This document shows positions 44,451 through 55,021 of a DNA stretch of 64,000 nucleotides, in pieces. Source of the stretch: an uncultured delta proteobacterium (GTDB lineage Bacteria; Desulfobacterota; Desulfomonilia; UBA1062); NCBI GenBank assembly GCA_963752595.1, contig CAVVYZ010000009.1:1-64000 (forward strand), read 5' to 3'. A model generated the notes under the pieces. The model worked only from the letters and a program-made list of their open reading frames with translations. It was not told where the DNA came from and did not search any database. Every line of letters starts with the position of its first letter. The first letter of the stretch is position 1. A program made the translations under genes and the position numbers.

Positions 44451-45443
44451 TCAGGCATGCCCGTGCTCCCGGAACCACTGGATGGAATCCCTGATGGAAT
44501 CCTCGACCGGCCGGAACTCCATTCCGAGCTCCTGCCTTGCTTTCTCATTGTCGAAGTACAGGTATTGGGAAGCATATCTGATCTCTGCAGGCGTGGACAT
44601 GGGCGGGCTGTTGGTGGCATGATCCGAGAGCCATTTCAAAAACAAGGTACCTGCCTTCATGGCCGGAAGCGGGAGCTTGAAGAGCATTCTGCCTTCGAAA
44701 CCGGCTTCCCTGCATACGAGCCGCATGAGATCCTCCGTAGATATGTTGCGGTTGCCGAGGATGTAGAGATTGCCCTGCTTTCCCTTCCTCGCAGCAAGTA
44801 CATGACCCTTTGCCACGTCGCGCACATCAACGATATTGATCCCGCCATTGAAGTATGTCCGGTTGAGGCCCTTGAGAATGTCCACAATGATCTGTCCGGT
44901 CGGAGTCGGCATAATGTCATTCGGCCCGAACGGGAAACACGGGTTCACCACCACGAGATCAAGGCCGTTTGCCGCAAAGCCCAAGGCCTCCTGCTGGGAG
45001 AGATACTTGGTGAGCACATAGTGATTGCCGAGTGTATACTGGTTGAAGGGTGTCTGCTCATTGCCGAGCATCGTGCCCGGCGCAATCCCTATTGCCGCAA
45101 TGGAGCTCGTATACACGACCCGGCCTGTCCCTGCCCGCAAAGAAGCCCACAGGACATTGCGCGAGCCCTGGAGATTCACCTCGTAGATCCTGCGCCAGTC
45201 TTTCATCCAGATAGAGTAGATAGCCGCAAGGTGGAAAATGGTATCTGCATCCTGCACAGCCCTCCAAACTGCAGTGATATCCAGCATATCTCCTTCCATA
45301 ATCTCAACGTCGAGACCGTTGAGATTCGTAATATCTTCACCCGGCCGGGTAAGACACCTTACCTCGACATTCTCAGCCAGGAGCTCTCTGACGACGTTGG
45401 AACCGATGAACCCGGCAGCACCGGTCACTAGGGCCTTTTTCAT
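44451..45443 (-). CDS. NAD-dependent epimerase/dehydratase (HpnA/dihydroflavonol-reductase-like)
   Basis: VTGAAGFIG, FHLAA, YTSS, YVLTK (YxxxK), PTPTG, VDVRDVA.GH. Confidence 0.88.
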   Translation of the reverse strand: MKKALVTGAAGFIGSNVVRELLAENVEVRCLTRPGEDITNLNGLDVEIMEGDMLDITAVWRAVQDADTIFHLAAIYSIWMKDWRRIYEVNLQGSRNVLWASLRAGTGRVVYTSSIAAIGIAPGTMLGNEQTPFNQYTLGNHYVLTKYLSQQEALGFAANGLDLVVVNPCFPFGPNDIMPTPTGQIIVDILKGLNRTYFNGGINIVDVRDVAKGHVLAARKGKQGNLYILGNRNISTEDLMRLVCREAGFEGRMLFKLPLPAMKAGTLFLKWLSDHATNSPPMSTPAEIRYASQYLYFDNEKARQELGMEFRPVEDSIRDSIQWFREHGHA

Positions 45444-45700
45444 GAAAACCTCCCCTTTTGAGCTATGAACGTTTTTGTATTGCAATATTATCATAATACT
45501 TTTTCACCTTTCCGAGTCAATATGTTCAGGGATTGAACCGGGCAATAAGGAACATCGGGGACGACACAGGAAGACCCCCTCTGCACTATCTTAATGCCTG
45601 ACAAGGTATTCATGCGTAATGGATTGACAAAGAAACCGATCTCTTTATATTTGAGAAAAATCGTATTTCCCCTGTTCTCAAGGGGAGATGATGAGGTGAT

Positions 45701-46609
45701 ATGAAAAAAACCATTTGTTGCGTACTCGCATTCCTTTGTCTTTTTCTCTGCTCACCCTTAGCGCAGGCCGAAGGCCTGGTCAAAATTACGGACCGCATCT
45801 ACTCTTATGCCGATACGAAGAACCCCTGCCCTGCCAACAGCTTCGGGGCCAATGCCGGGATCATTATAGGGGATAAGGGCATCCTCGTGGTCGATGCCCT
45901 CGCCTCGGCACAGGAAGCGCAGCGATTCATCAGCGACATCAGGAAGGTATCGGACAAGCCCATCCGCTATGTGGTGGATACGCACAGCCATTTCGACCAT
46001 ACCTTCGGCAATGCCGAGTTTGCTGCACTGGGTGCCGTGATCGTTGCCCAGGACAACTGCACCGAGAACCTGCGGATTTCCTCCCAACAGGTGATCGAGA
46101 AGGCCAAAGACTACGGCATGAGCGATGAAGAAGCAAAAGCCGTAAAAATTGCATACCCCAATGTCACCTTTGCAGGCAAAACACACATCGGCCTGGGAGG
46201 GGTGAACGTGGACCTCCTGTTCATCGCACCTTCCCACACAGGCGACAGCCTCATGGTCTCTGTGCCTGAGGAAAAAGTGGTCTTTGCAGGCGACATCCTC
46301 TTCACGGATTTCTATCCCTACATGGGAGACGGCGATATCCAGGGCTGGATAAAGACCCTTGACCACCTCATGACCCTGGATGCGGACAGAATCATCCCGG
46401 GGCACGGCCCTATCTCAACGAAAAAAGATGTCGCCGGCATGAAGGAATATCTCCTGTCCTTCGACAAGAAGGCTGCAGAACTGTGCGCCAAGTCCGGCGA
46501 TCTCCAGTATATTGCAGCCGAGATCAAAAAATCCATGCCCTTGCGGAGTCAGGGCGATTTCCTTATCATGGGAAGCATCCAGGCAAAGTACCTGAAGGCC
46601 GGGAACTGA
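45701..46609 (+). CDS. Exported MBL-fold metallo-hydrolase (cyclase-like)
   Basis: Signal peptide; THSHFDH, SHT, FAGD, IPGHG. Confidence 0.88.
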   Translation: MKKTICCVLAFLCLFLCSPLAQAEGLVKITDRIYSYADTKNPCPANSFGANAGIIIGDKGILVVDALASAQEAQRFISDIRKVSDKPIRYVVDTHSHFDHTFGNAEFAALGAVIVAQDNCTENLRISSQQVIEKAKDYGMSDEEAKAVKIAYPNVTFAGKTHIGLGGVNVDLLFIAPSHTGDSLMVSVPEEKVVFAGDILFTDFYPYMGDGDIQGWIKTLDHLMTLDADRIIPGHGPISTKKDVAGMKEYLLSFDKKAAELCAKSGDLQYIAAEIKKSMPLRSQGDFLIMGSIQAKYLKAGN

Positions 46610-46623
46610 CGGCAAAGATCTTT

Positions 46624-47244
46624 TCAGCTCACGGGGAAGAACACAAAGATGAGCACATCCCACAGGGAGTGGGAGATGATCAGGGGGATGAGGCTCTGCT
46701 CGTGAAGATAGAGGAGCCCCCAGAAGATGCCGCAGACAAACGCTGCGAGAATGAGCATGAGGTTCAGCGAAAACGCATGGATGAGCGTGTATATGAGAGC
46801 GGTGAAGAGGACTCCCTTTAAAGATCCCAGCTCAACGGAAAGTATCCTCTGAACAAACCCGTGCCAGTATATCTCTTCAGCCGGGCCCATGACAAAAAAC
46901 AGGAGCAGACCGATCATTGACGTGCTGAGCTGCACCTTATTGCTGTAGACCCCTTCGATCTGCCCGGATGCAAAGGGAAGCAGCATGGTGGAGACTTCCC
47001 TCCCCACCCGGAAGATCCCGTACAGGAGAAGCGCCGACCCGATGCCGACGAGGAGATGGCGGGCTTTGAAGGTGAAGAGAGCGGATAGGGCATTCCTGCT
47101 GCAGAACAGGCCGATAGCCGCCAGCGTTGATGCCGAAAACGTCAGCTTATACCAGAAATTGCCTGCAGGAACTGCAAATATGAAAAACCAAAAGCCGAAC
47201 GCAAGCGGTACTGTCAGGAAGATGGGGCGAAGGTTCTCTCTCAT
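46624..47244 (-). CDS. CPBP (CAAX/Abi family) intramembrane metalloprotease
   Basis: PAEEIYWHG, LIH, ISHSLWD; multiple TM segments. Confidence 0.85.
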   Translation of the reverse strand: MRENLRPIFLTVPLAFGFWFFIFAVPAGNFWYKLTFSASTLAAIGLFCSRNALSALFTFKARHLLVGIGSALLLYGIFRVGREVSTMLLPFASGQIEGVYSNKVQLSTSMIGLLLFFVMGPAEEIYWHGFVQRILSVELGSLKGVLFTALIYTLIHAFSLNLMLILAAFVCGIFWGLLYLHEQSLIPLIISHSLWDVLIFVFFPVS

Positions 47245-47268
47245 GCAACGAACCAGGCGACCGTTCTC

Positions 47269-48480
47269 TTACGCCGCAGATGCCGCCTTTCTGTTCCTCG
47301 GACCGCGCCTGCCTCTTTGCCCCCTGCCGGAGCTCCCCTTGCGCAGGCTCTTGTCTTTGACAAACAGCGCTTCTTCGGGCCACACCACGGGTATCTTCAT
47401 GCCGAGGTACTTTTCGATGGACTCCAGGCAATAGATGTAGTCCTCGCATGCAAGCGATATGGCCTTTCCATCCTTGCCTGCCCTGGCGGTACGGCCGATG
47501 CGGTGGACATAGTCCTCGCAATCCTCCGGCAGATCGTAGTTGATCACGAGATCGAGATTGTCCACATGCAGGCCCCGGGAAGCCACGTTCGTTGCCACGA
47601 GAATGGGTATATGGCCGTGCTTGATGCCCTCGATGAGCCGGCTCCTCTCCTTCTGCTGGAGATCGCCGGTGATGAATTCGCACGTGATCCCGTTCATACT
47701 GAGGCGCCGTGAGACATTCTCGGCGGTCTGTTTCATATTGGTGAAGACCAGGCAGTTCTTCGGGTTTTCCTTGGCCAGGATCCCCAGGAGGAGGCTCATC
47801 TTTTCCTCATTGCCCACATGGTAGAGCTCCTGGGTGACGGTTTCCACAGTCAGCTTCTGCGGGGCGATCTCGACCTCCATGGGGTCGTTCATGAAGCGCC
47901 AGGCGAGCTCCTTTACCAGGAAACTCAGCGTTGCGCTGAAGAGCATGGTCTGCCTCTTATCGGCAGGCTGCATGGCCTTGAGCATCCTTTTCAGATCGGG
48001 TATGAAGCCCATATCGAAAAGGCGGTCCGCCTCATCAATGACGAGGATGTCTATGTCACGGAAGCTGAGTTTGCGCGACTGGTGGAAGTCCAGCAGCCTG
48101 CCCGGGGTGCCGACGATGATATCCGCCCCCTGCTTGAGCTGCCGCTCCTGAAGGTTGTACCCCACCCCTCCGTAAATGCACGCGACCTTAAAGTCAAGGT
48201 GAGCGCCCAGGAGCTGTGCGTCCGTCTCCACCTGGAGAGCGAGCTCCCGGGTAGGGACGATAATCAAAGCCCTCTTTCCCTTGTTATTCAGGAGATTCTG
48301 GAAGATGGTGACGAGAAATGCTGCGGTCTTGCCCGTACCCGTCTGTGACTGGGCGCATACATCCTTGCCTTTCAGGCTGTGTGCAAATGTTGCTGCCTGG
48401 ACCGATGTACATTCTGAGAAACCCGCATCATTGATGCCGAGCATAATGCGCTCGTCTAGCTGCAATTCAGTAAAAAGCAT
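47269..48480 (-). CDS. rhlB: DEAD-box RNA helicase (RhlB-like)
   Basis: QTGTGKT, PTRELA, TPGRL, DEAD, SAT, SRGLH, HRIGRTAR. Confidence 0.85.
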   Translation of the reverse strand: MLFTELQLDERIMLGINDAGFSECTSVQAATFAHSLKGKDVCAQSQTGTGKTAAFLVTIFQNLLNNKGKRALIIVPTRELALQVETDAQLLGAHLDFKVACIYGGVGYNLQERQLKQGADIIVGTPGRLLDFHQSRKLSFRDIDILVIDEADRLFDMGFIPDLKRMLKAMQPADKRQTMLFSATLSFLVKELAWRFMNDPMEVEIAPQKLTVETVTQELYHVGNEEKMSLLLGILAKENPKNCLVFTNMKQTAENVSRRLSMNGITCEFITGDLQQKERSRLIEGIKHGHIPILVATNVASRGLHVDNLDLVINYDLPEDCEDYVHRIGRTARAGKDGKAISLACEDYIYCLESIEKYLGMKIPVVWPEEALFVKDKSLRKGSSGRGQRGRRGPRNRKAASAA

Positions 48481-48819
48481 TGTTACTCCTTGGTAGGTTC
48501 ATTGGTATAGTTATCGACAATGTAAGCCTGATTTCATGAATTATTTATCTTTCTCACCTGTAATAATAGTGTATCTATTCGAAAAGTCAAGAATAAAAGC
48601 ATATTATCGTTATCAGGTATTCCTTCACACCTCCTATTGAGATTCAAAATATGAAATAAGGATTCAAAAAAAGTCAGGTCATGATGCCGGTAGTGAAACA
48701 GGAATTTATCCGGAATGCCCCGGCACTGCCGGCTGGGAAACGGTAAGACGGCGTGCGTTCCTTTTTTCTCCTTTACGGATATCGACAACTCCTTATACTC
48801 ATAACATAATATTTCTCAA

Positions 48820-49918
48820 TTACAATTTCATTGCGTATCCGGCGCTTCCGCCGAGAACAGCGACAGAGGGGTTTACGCAAATCTGTTTTTCGGCGGGTTA
48901 CTTCTGGACAACAACCTGGACTATGACCACGATGCCATTGCCGGACTGGGGCTCGGATACAGCTTCACCAAAAACCTCGCTGCAGAGCTTTCCTTCGGGC
49001 AGATGAATACCGAAGAAGACGGCACAGGGGTCGATGAGGATGCATTCGCAAAATTATACCGCCTTGAAGCGCTTTATCATTTAACCTGGCTTGCCCCTTC
49101 ATCCAGGTTTGTTCCGTTCATCGCTGCAGGCCCCGTTGCCTTGAGGCTTCACAGTGATGCAACAGGCAGCACGACCGATTTCGGTGTAGACTACGGCCTG
49201 GGCCTCAAGTATCTATTGAATCCCTCCGTGGATCTGCGGGCTGATGTCCGTCATGTCATAACCTTCAATGAAGACGTAGACACCTGCAGCAGCCTGCTCT
49301 ACACCCTGGGATTCAACTTCCGGTTCGGCTGCAAGGAAAAAGCTGAGAAGGCAGCAGGCGCTGCGCCCGTGAAAGAGGAAGCTCCCGTGAAGACAGCCGA
49401 GCCTGTCGAGGCCGATGGCGACCGTGACGGCGTACTCGACAAGAACGATGCATGCCCGGGTACGCCTTCAGGTTTGCTGTTGACGCAAAAGGCTGTCCGA
49501 AGGACAGTGACGGCGATGGAGTTGCCGATTACCTTGACAAATGCCCGCAGACCCCGAAGGGAACCAAGGTAGAAGCAAATGGATGCCCGGCCCCGAAGGC
49601 TGAAGTCACGAAGCAGGGTACGTACAATTTCGGGAACATCTATTTTGACACAAACAAGGCCATAATCAAGAAGGAGAGTTATCCGGTGCTTCAGGATGTC
49701 ACCACATACATGAACGGCAACCCTGATGTGAAGCTTGAGGTCCAGGGTTATACCGACAACCTCGGATCGAAAGCGCGGTCAAGAACTATCTTGTCGTCAA
49801 AGGCATTGCCGCAGACAGGCTTACTGCAAAAGGATACGGCATGTCGAATCCTGCTGCAACAAATGCAACGAAAGAAGGAAGGGCAAAGAACAGGAGAATC
49901 GATTTCAAGCCTATCTAG
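48820..49918 (+). pseudogene. OmpA/OprF-like protein (beta-barrel, TSP3-type Asp repeats, OmpA domain), degraded
   Basis: No intact start or signal peptide seen; DGDRDGV.D..D.CP repeats; IYFDTNKA; GYTDNLGSKA jumps straight to AVKNYL, lacking the N..LS..RA helix. Confidence 0.75.
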
Positions 49919-49943
49919 CAGCATTACGTAACCCAAACGAAAT

Positions 49944-49990
49944 AAGGGGGAGGTTCGGAAGATACTAATCCAAACTTCCCCCTTTGCTTT
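49944..49990. terminator. Probable intrinsic terminator between convergent genes
   Basis: Imperfect stem AAGGGGGAGGTTCGGA / TCCAAACTTCCCCCTT followed by a T-rich run. Confidence 0.55.
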
Positions 49991-50015
49991 TTATCCCAGC
50001 GCTAGCTCTTGAAGG

Positions 50016-51497
50016 CTAAAAAGGCGGCATCCCGGTGACCGAGAAGGAAAATGAAACCGTCAGAGTCGATCCCGGCGCGCAATCCAGGTCCCATGCAAGG
50101 ATGCCTTCATCGTTCGGCTTGGCTGAAGGAGTTGATCCAAGGAGGTCCACCTTGATCGCCTCGTCCTGCGAAAGGGGGATCTGGTCCTTCAACGTGACGC
50201 GAGCCGGCGTTTTCCTGTTGTTCTTGATGGTTATCGTATAGGCATAGGTTGTCCTGTCCTTGCCGGTCAGGGTTTTGTCATGCAAAACCTTTTCCTTCCG
50301 TTCCGCTTTGACCCCTTCGTCCCTTCCCAGGTCCACGGTGATCGCTTCTCCCGGCTGGGCCTGCTTGAGAGAGCCTCTGCCCATGAACTCGCCGTCTACA
50401 AACGCACTGTAGTCCCCCGGCAGAACCGGCGCATTGGCGTTCCACACGGTTTCAGCACGCAGGAACACGCCGTTGCCGGCACGCGGCGCGGTCATCCGCA
50501 GGATTTTCACCGCCTGGGTCTTTTTCTGCAGCATGACCGATCTCTCCGTACCGTCGCCCGGCAGGGTGACGGCCCTGGCAGCACCGATAACATACGAAGC
50601 CGCCGTCTCCTTGACCTGCGCTTCCATGTCCTCGTCCATTGCTTCTTCCCTGGGAGCAGCCGACATCATCGCCTTCGCCGCGAACGCATCCCGGCTGTAT
50701 CGCCTGGGCATGCCGATATTCCACGGAATAAGCTCGGGCGCCTGTACGCCGAAGCCCGGCCTGCCCGTGGCGACTGAAAGCTCCTCTGCCTGCCAGTCAA
50801 TACCGGTTGCCTGCCGTATGACCGCGGTTGTCTCGATCTTCATTTCGCCTTTGGCAGGGTTTGCATACACGGCATATTCCGGCCTCCAGGAACCGTTGGA
50901 TACTGCATAGGATACCTGCACGGTACGGCCTGCATCCGTTTCCACCGCGATCTCGAATCCCTGTTTCCGGGAAATGTTGCCCAGAAGATCCTCGAGATCC
51001 TTTACCTGGAGGGCCAGGGTATCGATCTCGGAACCGAGCGCAATATGCTTCTGATTAAGGCCGCTCACCCGTTCATCGATGAACGATAGGGCTTCGGCCA
51101 GGCGGGCCCGGGAAAAGGCTGCTTCCTTATCCTTTGCTTTCGCAGAGTCGAAGATGATTTCTATCTCCCTCTCCAGTGTCTTCTGCAGGCGTTTTTTTCC
51201 CTCGAGCTCGGCCTTCTTCGAGTTGAGCTGCTCTTTGATCTGTTTCGCCTTGCCGCTCATGAGACGCTTCGGCTCGATGCCCATGGACTTCACCGCGCCC
51301 CCCTGTACGGGCACGACGCTTACGGAGTCACGGATGAGCTCAGGTGGGGCCTCGACAATAATCCTTCCATCGGAAGCCGTCTTCTCGACAGTCAGATATG
51401 CCATATCCCGGTACAGCACGACACGCTTGAAGCTCTCTGCCGAGGCTGATCCTGTCAGGACAAGCAGGATAACGAGCAGTAGAAAGGTCCTCTTCAT
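50016..51497 (-). CDS. DUF4139/DUF4140 (MuiA-like) exported protein
   Basis: Signal peptide; coiled coil; SYAV..SWRPEY, IRQATGIDW..LSVATG.P, LKDQIPLS, G.L.W. Confidence 0.85.
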   Translation of the reverse strand: MKRTFLLLVILLVLTGSASAESFKRVVLYRDMAYLTVEKTASDGRIIVEAPPELIRDSVSVVPVQGGAVKSMGIEPKRLMSGKAKQIKEQLNSKKAELEGKKRLQKTLEREIEIIFDSAKAKDKEAAFSRARLAEALSFIDERVSGLNQKHIALGSEIDTLALQVKDLEDLLGNISRKQGFEIAVETDAGRTVQVSYAVSNGSWRPEYAVYANPAKGEMKIETTAVIRQATGIDWQAEELSVATGRPGFGVQAPELIPWNIGMPRRYSRDAFAAKAMMSAAPREEAMDEDMEAQVKETAASYVIGAARAVTLPGDGTERSVMLQKKTQAVKILRMTAPRAGNGVFLRAETVWNANAPVLPGDYSAFVDGEFMGRGSLKQAQPGEAITVDLGRDEGVKAERKEKVLHDKTLTGKDRTTYAYTITIKNNRKTPARVTLKDQIPLSQDEAIKVDLLGSTPSAKPNDEGILAWDLDCAPGSTLTVSFSFSVTGMPPF

Positions 51498-51587
51498 AAT
51501 ACATCCTCCTCTAAGAAGTTAGCTTGTACGAATGATTGTACCCTAAAAGACCTTTCTTCAATACAAAAAAGACCGGCTTTCCATTAT

Positions 51588-52023
51588 TCAGAAATCGAGA
51601 AAGAATCCGGTATTGAATACGAACTGGGTAAAAGCATCGGATTTGATCCGGATGGAAAGGCCCTGATCGTTGCTGAAAACGGTACCGCTGCTGTTGACCA
51701 GCGTAGCGAATCCGCGGCCTTCGATGCGGATGCCGAGATGGCTGACGAGCGGGATCAATGCGCCGATGCCGAACCCCAGGGAGGGGCGGGTCAGCGGGTC
51801 GAACCCCGATGAACGGGGGTTGAAGTGGGTTATTCCTATTGTTCCCACGATAAAGGGCCGGGCGAAATGCTGTTTTTCGCTCAACATGACGGTGCCTCCG
51901 ATCTGGACGTAATGTACATCGAGGTCAAAGAGCACATCATCGGACAATATACCTTTATCAACCTTCAGCTCGGTGGGCTGCCGGCTGCAGTAAAACTCAA
52001 TCTGTGTATCCTTTTCGTACCCC
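51588..52023 (-). pseudogene. 5'-truncated outer-membrane beta-barrel fragment
   Basis: Barrel strands (RPFIVGTIG, LGIRIEGRGF, C-terminal F), but the frame hits an upstream stop with no signal peptide. Confidence 0.6.
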
Positions 52024-52057
52024 TATCTTTACCTTAAGGGTATGCGAAAGGGTTCCT

Positions 52058-52363
52058 ATGTCATTTGTACGGATGAAGGGCGTCGAGGGGTTATTATATG
52101 TCCCCGATGAGCGCGGCGGGGAAAAGCACCCTTGCAGGGACTGCTGCCACTGTCAGTGGTGCAGCGATAACAGGTGCTCGCTGTGTCTCGGCAATCAATC
52201 CTGTTCCAATGATACATGCCGGAGCAGAAAACCTGCTGCCGGGTGCAGGAAAGATACTCAAAAAAAACAGGCCTGTCCCCTTGAAAAACACTCCCGGGCA
52301 CTGATGGTATGGCCCGACACGCCCGCAGCGACAAGAGCGGGGGGGCAATCAGGATTGAAATAG
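52058..52363 (+). CDS. Small cysteine-rich protein
   Basis: MSFVRMKGVEGLLYVPDE..KHPCRDCCHCQWCSDNRCSLC..C..C..C..C (11 Cys); 3' end uncertain. Confidence 0.55.
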   Translation: MSFVRMKGVEGLLYVPDERGGEKHPCRDCCHCQWCSDNRCSLCLGNQSCSNDTCRSRKPAAGCRKDTQKKQACPLEKHSRALMVWPDTPAATRAGGQSGLK

Positions 52364-52755
52364 GGAAAGATCTCGAGACAGCCCTTTCTCCTGAAATAAA
52401 TGCCGGCCAGGCTCAGGTTCAGAAATTGCCCGATAATGCCGTCGAAGTGTCCATGACCCCTCAGACTGCATTTGATACGGGTTCAACGGAGGTCAACCCG
52501 AACTTTGCCCCAACGCTCCGGAAGATTGCAAATATCGTGAAGACCTACGGCAAATCCACGGTCTCGGTTATCGGCTATCCGGATGCCGCAGGCGGAGCAG
52601 CCGATCAGGCAACACTTGCAGACCAGCGGGCAGAAGCAGTGAGAGACATGCTTATCAGCATGGGGATCAAGCCTGTTTTAATAACCGCATCCGGGAATCC
52701 GAAAGCCTCGGGCAATGCAGAGGTTATCATACAGCCTCTGGTTGAACGTTCATGA
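52309..52755 (+). pseudogene. OmpA C-terminal peptidoglycan-binding domain fragment without signal peptide
   Basis: TAFDTGS, VIGYPDA.G, LADQRAEAVRD.L; N-terminus missing. Confidence 0.6.
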
Positions 52756-52805
52756 GCAGCGCCTTTTAGGCTCCTGCTCCAGACGGTCCGAACCCGGTGC
52801 ATGCG

Positions 52806-53357
52806 TTAATCAATGTGGATGGATGTGAGGACATCCTTGAATTCTTTTTCGCAGCAGAATTCTCCTTCGATCGGCCCGGACATCTCTATGGAAAGTACAT
52901 GGTCCCCGGCAAAGATCAGGTAGCAGCGGGACAGGCACTCCAGCTCGTTTCCATTCTGGTTATAGACCGTGAAGGTTGATTTGATGATGTTGGCCGGCCT
53001 TTTCGATATAAGCCCGTCCGAGGTCGATTCCAGGAGGCAGAAGTCGCGAAATACCGCTTCCAGCTGGATTATCTGCATCTTGAGGAAAGTGGGCCTGTCT
53101 ATGGAGCCTACGCCGATCATCATGCGATGCATTGCCTGCACCGTAGGGAGGACCTGGTCCGAAAACCTGTGATCGTAATGAAAGTATACAAGGGGCTCCT
53201 GGGCATATTTGATCAATTCGTCATTTCCTTCCGAGGGAGGATCGGCTCTGTTTATGAGCAGATTTACCGCCCATTGCTGCGATATGAATATCCAATCTTC
53301 AGGTTTTTCTATGGAGAATCCCAATTCATTGTTTCTGTAGATGTTTCTGTCTTTCAT
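52806..53357 (-). CDS. Hypothetical protein (possible PsbP/DcrB-like fold)
   Basis: N-terminal YRNNELGFSIEKPEDW and C-terminal F..VL.SI pattern. Confidence 0.5.
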   Translation of the reverse strand: MKDRNIYRNNELGFSIEKPEDWIFISQQWAVNLLINRADPPSEGNDELIKYAQEPLVYFHYDHRFSDQVLPTVQAMHRMMIGVGSIDRPTFLKMQIIQLEAVFRDFCLLESTSDGLISKRPANIIKSTFTVYNQNGNELECLSRCYLIFAGDHVLSIEMSGPIEGEFCCEKEFKDVLTSIHID

Positions 53358-53710
53358 GGTCTACCTACGATCCAACGGAGCTCATTAGACGTATACCCCC
53401 GTATCCAGCTTGAAACCTTTATTCTTTCAAAGAAACATAGCCTAATGGGGACCGTTGATTTTGGTATGCAGGGGCATATTTAAACATATAGTGGAGAACT
53501 GCAGACAATCCGGATCAGGCTGCAGCAATCTTATCGATCACCGGAGACCGAAATTCAGTAAATGAAAGCCCGGCTTTGATCCGGTCATACTGTTTCCATG
53601 CGCCCGGGCTTATCATCACATGAAATCTTCGTATCAATCTTTGATACCGGCTAGGGCACAGGGAAAATATCTATGGCAAATAATATGTCCTAAAAAAACA
53701 GGAGAGAAAA

Positions 53711-54904
53711 ATGAATAGAGGAAGTATGCCCCGAGTGGCAGTGAACGGATATGGCGTTATCGGCAAACGGGTGGCTGACGCAATAGCGCTTCAGGACGAC
53801 ATGGAGCTCGCAGGGGTAGCCGATGTGTCGAGCGATTACCGCATCCGGGTAGCAGTGGAGCGGGGATACCCGGTATATGCGTCAACCCCTGAGAAACGCC
53901 CGGAGATGGAAGAGGCAAACATACCGGTCGAAGGAACGCTCGATGACCTCCTGAAACAAGCGGATATCGTTGTGGACTGCACCCCCAAGGGGATCGGGGC
54001 GCGGAACAAGGACAAGTACAAGGAGGCGGGAGTAAAAGCCATATTCCAGGGTGGAGAAAAACACTCCCTCGCCGGATATTCGTTCGTTGCACAGGTTAAT
54101 TATGCGGGTGCACTGAACAGGGATTTCGCACGGGTCGTATCATGCAATACAACCGCACTCTGCAGGATTTCCCATGCGCTTCACAAGAAGGGATGGGTCT
54201 ACCGGGTCCGGGCAGTACTCCTCCGCCGGGCGACCGACCCATGGGAATCCCACGATAACGGAATGATCAACACGGCGATTCCCGAGACCAAAGTCCCGAG
54301 CCACCAGGGGCCTGATGCAAAGACGGTCATCCCGGATCTCGATATCACCACAATGGCGGGAGCGGGCCCGTACAACTTGAGCCACCTCCATTATGCCATG
54401 GTCGAAACGAAAAAGAACATTACCATTGAAGAGCTGCGCCATGCCCTCTGGGAAGAGCCGAGGATCGCCTTTGTCAGTTCAGGCAACGGCCTCGTTGCCC
54501 TGAATGCGGTCATCGAGCTCATGCGAGACATGAGGCGTCCGCGGAACGACATGTGGGAAGTGGCGGTCTGGGAAGATGCCCTGTCATCGGATAACCGCGA
54601 AGTGTACATGACGTTCCAGGTCCATAACGAAGCTATCGTTGTTCCCGAGAGTGTCGATGCCGTCCGGTCGCTCACCGGCATCGAGAAAGATTGGCAGACA
54701 TCGGTGGAAAAAACGAACCTGGCCCTGGGCGTAACGAAGAGCTTTTTCCCCCATACCATCCCCGAGGAAGCGATCCATGCAGAGATGGGCAGAAGGCTCA
54801 GGAAAGGAGAACGGGGCCATCAGAAAGAAGGCTTCAAGGGAGCAGAAGAGCCGACCGGACACGTGTTTTCCAAAGAGCAGCGAAATTACTGGGTGGGCAG
54901 ATAG
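53711..54904 (+). CDS. Type II (archaeal-type) glyceraldehyde-3-phosphate dehydrogenase with C-terminal extension
   Basis: VAVNGYGVIGKRVADA, VDCTP, IFQGGEKH, RVVSCNTT, LRRATDP, PSHQGPD, RPRNDMWE, VHNEAIVVPE. Confidence 0.92.
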   Translation: MNRGSMPRVAVNGYGVIGKRVADAIALQDDMELAGVADVSSDYRIRVAVERGYPVYASTPEKRPEMEEANIPVEGTLDDLLKQADIVVDCTPKGIGARNKDKYKEAGVKAIFQGGEKHSLAGYSFVAQVNYAGALNRDFARVVSCNTTALCRISHALHKKGWVYRVRAVLLRRATDPWESHDNGMINTAIPETKVPSHQGPDAKTVIPDLDITTMAGAGPYNLSHLHYAMVETKKNITIEELRHALWEEPRIAFVSSGNGLVALNAVIELMRDMRRPRNDMWEVAVWEDALSSDNREVYMTFQVHNEAIVVPESVDAVRSLTGIEKDWQTSVEKTNLALGVTKSFFPHTIPEEAIHAEMGRRLRKGERGHQKEGFKGAEEPTGHVFSKEQRNYWVGR

Positions 54905-54971
54905 AAACCATCATTTTCCTTCTCGAATAGATACTCCGGCCGAACGGGATCTGCCCTGTTAAAGGCCTGAC

Positions 54972-55010
54972 AGCGGGGACATCTTTTTCTTCAGGAAAGA
55001 TGTCCCCGCT
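54972..55010. terminator. Perfect 15-bp stem-loop between convergent genes
   Basis: AGCGGGGACATCTTT-N9-AAAGATGTCCCCGCT. Confidence 0.7.
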
Positions 55011-55021
55011 CGTATTCTCCC

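Noticed and set aside
48685-48760. Cobalamin riboswitch-like words (AGGAA..ATCCGG..TGCCCC.GCACTG..GGGAA) upstream of the ompA-like gene
   Set aside because: The GGTG arm and the 3' B12 box are missing and the spacing is wrong; an Infernal search with the Rfam cobalamin model would be needed to revive it.
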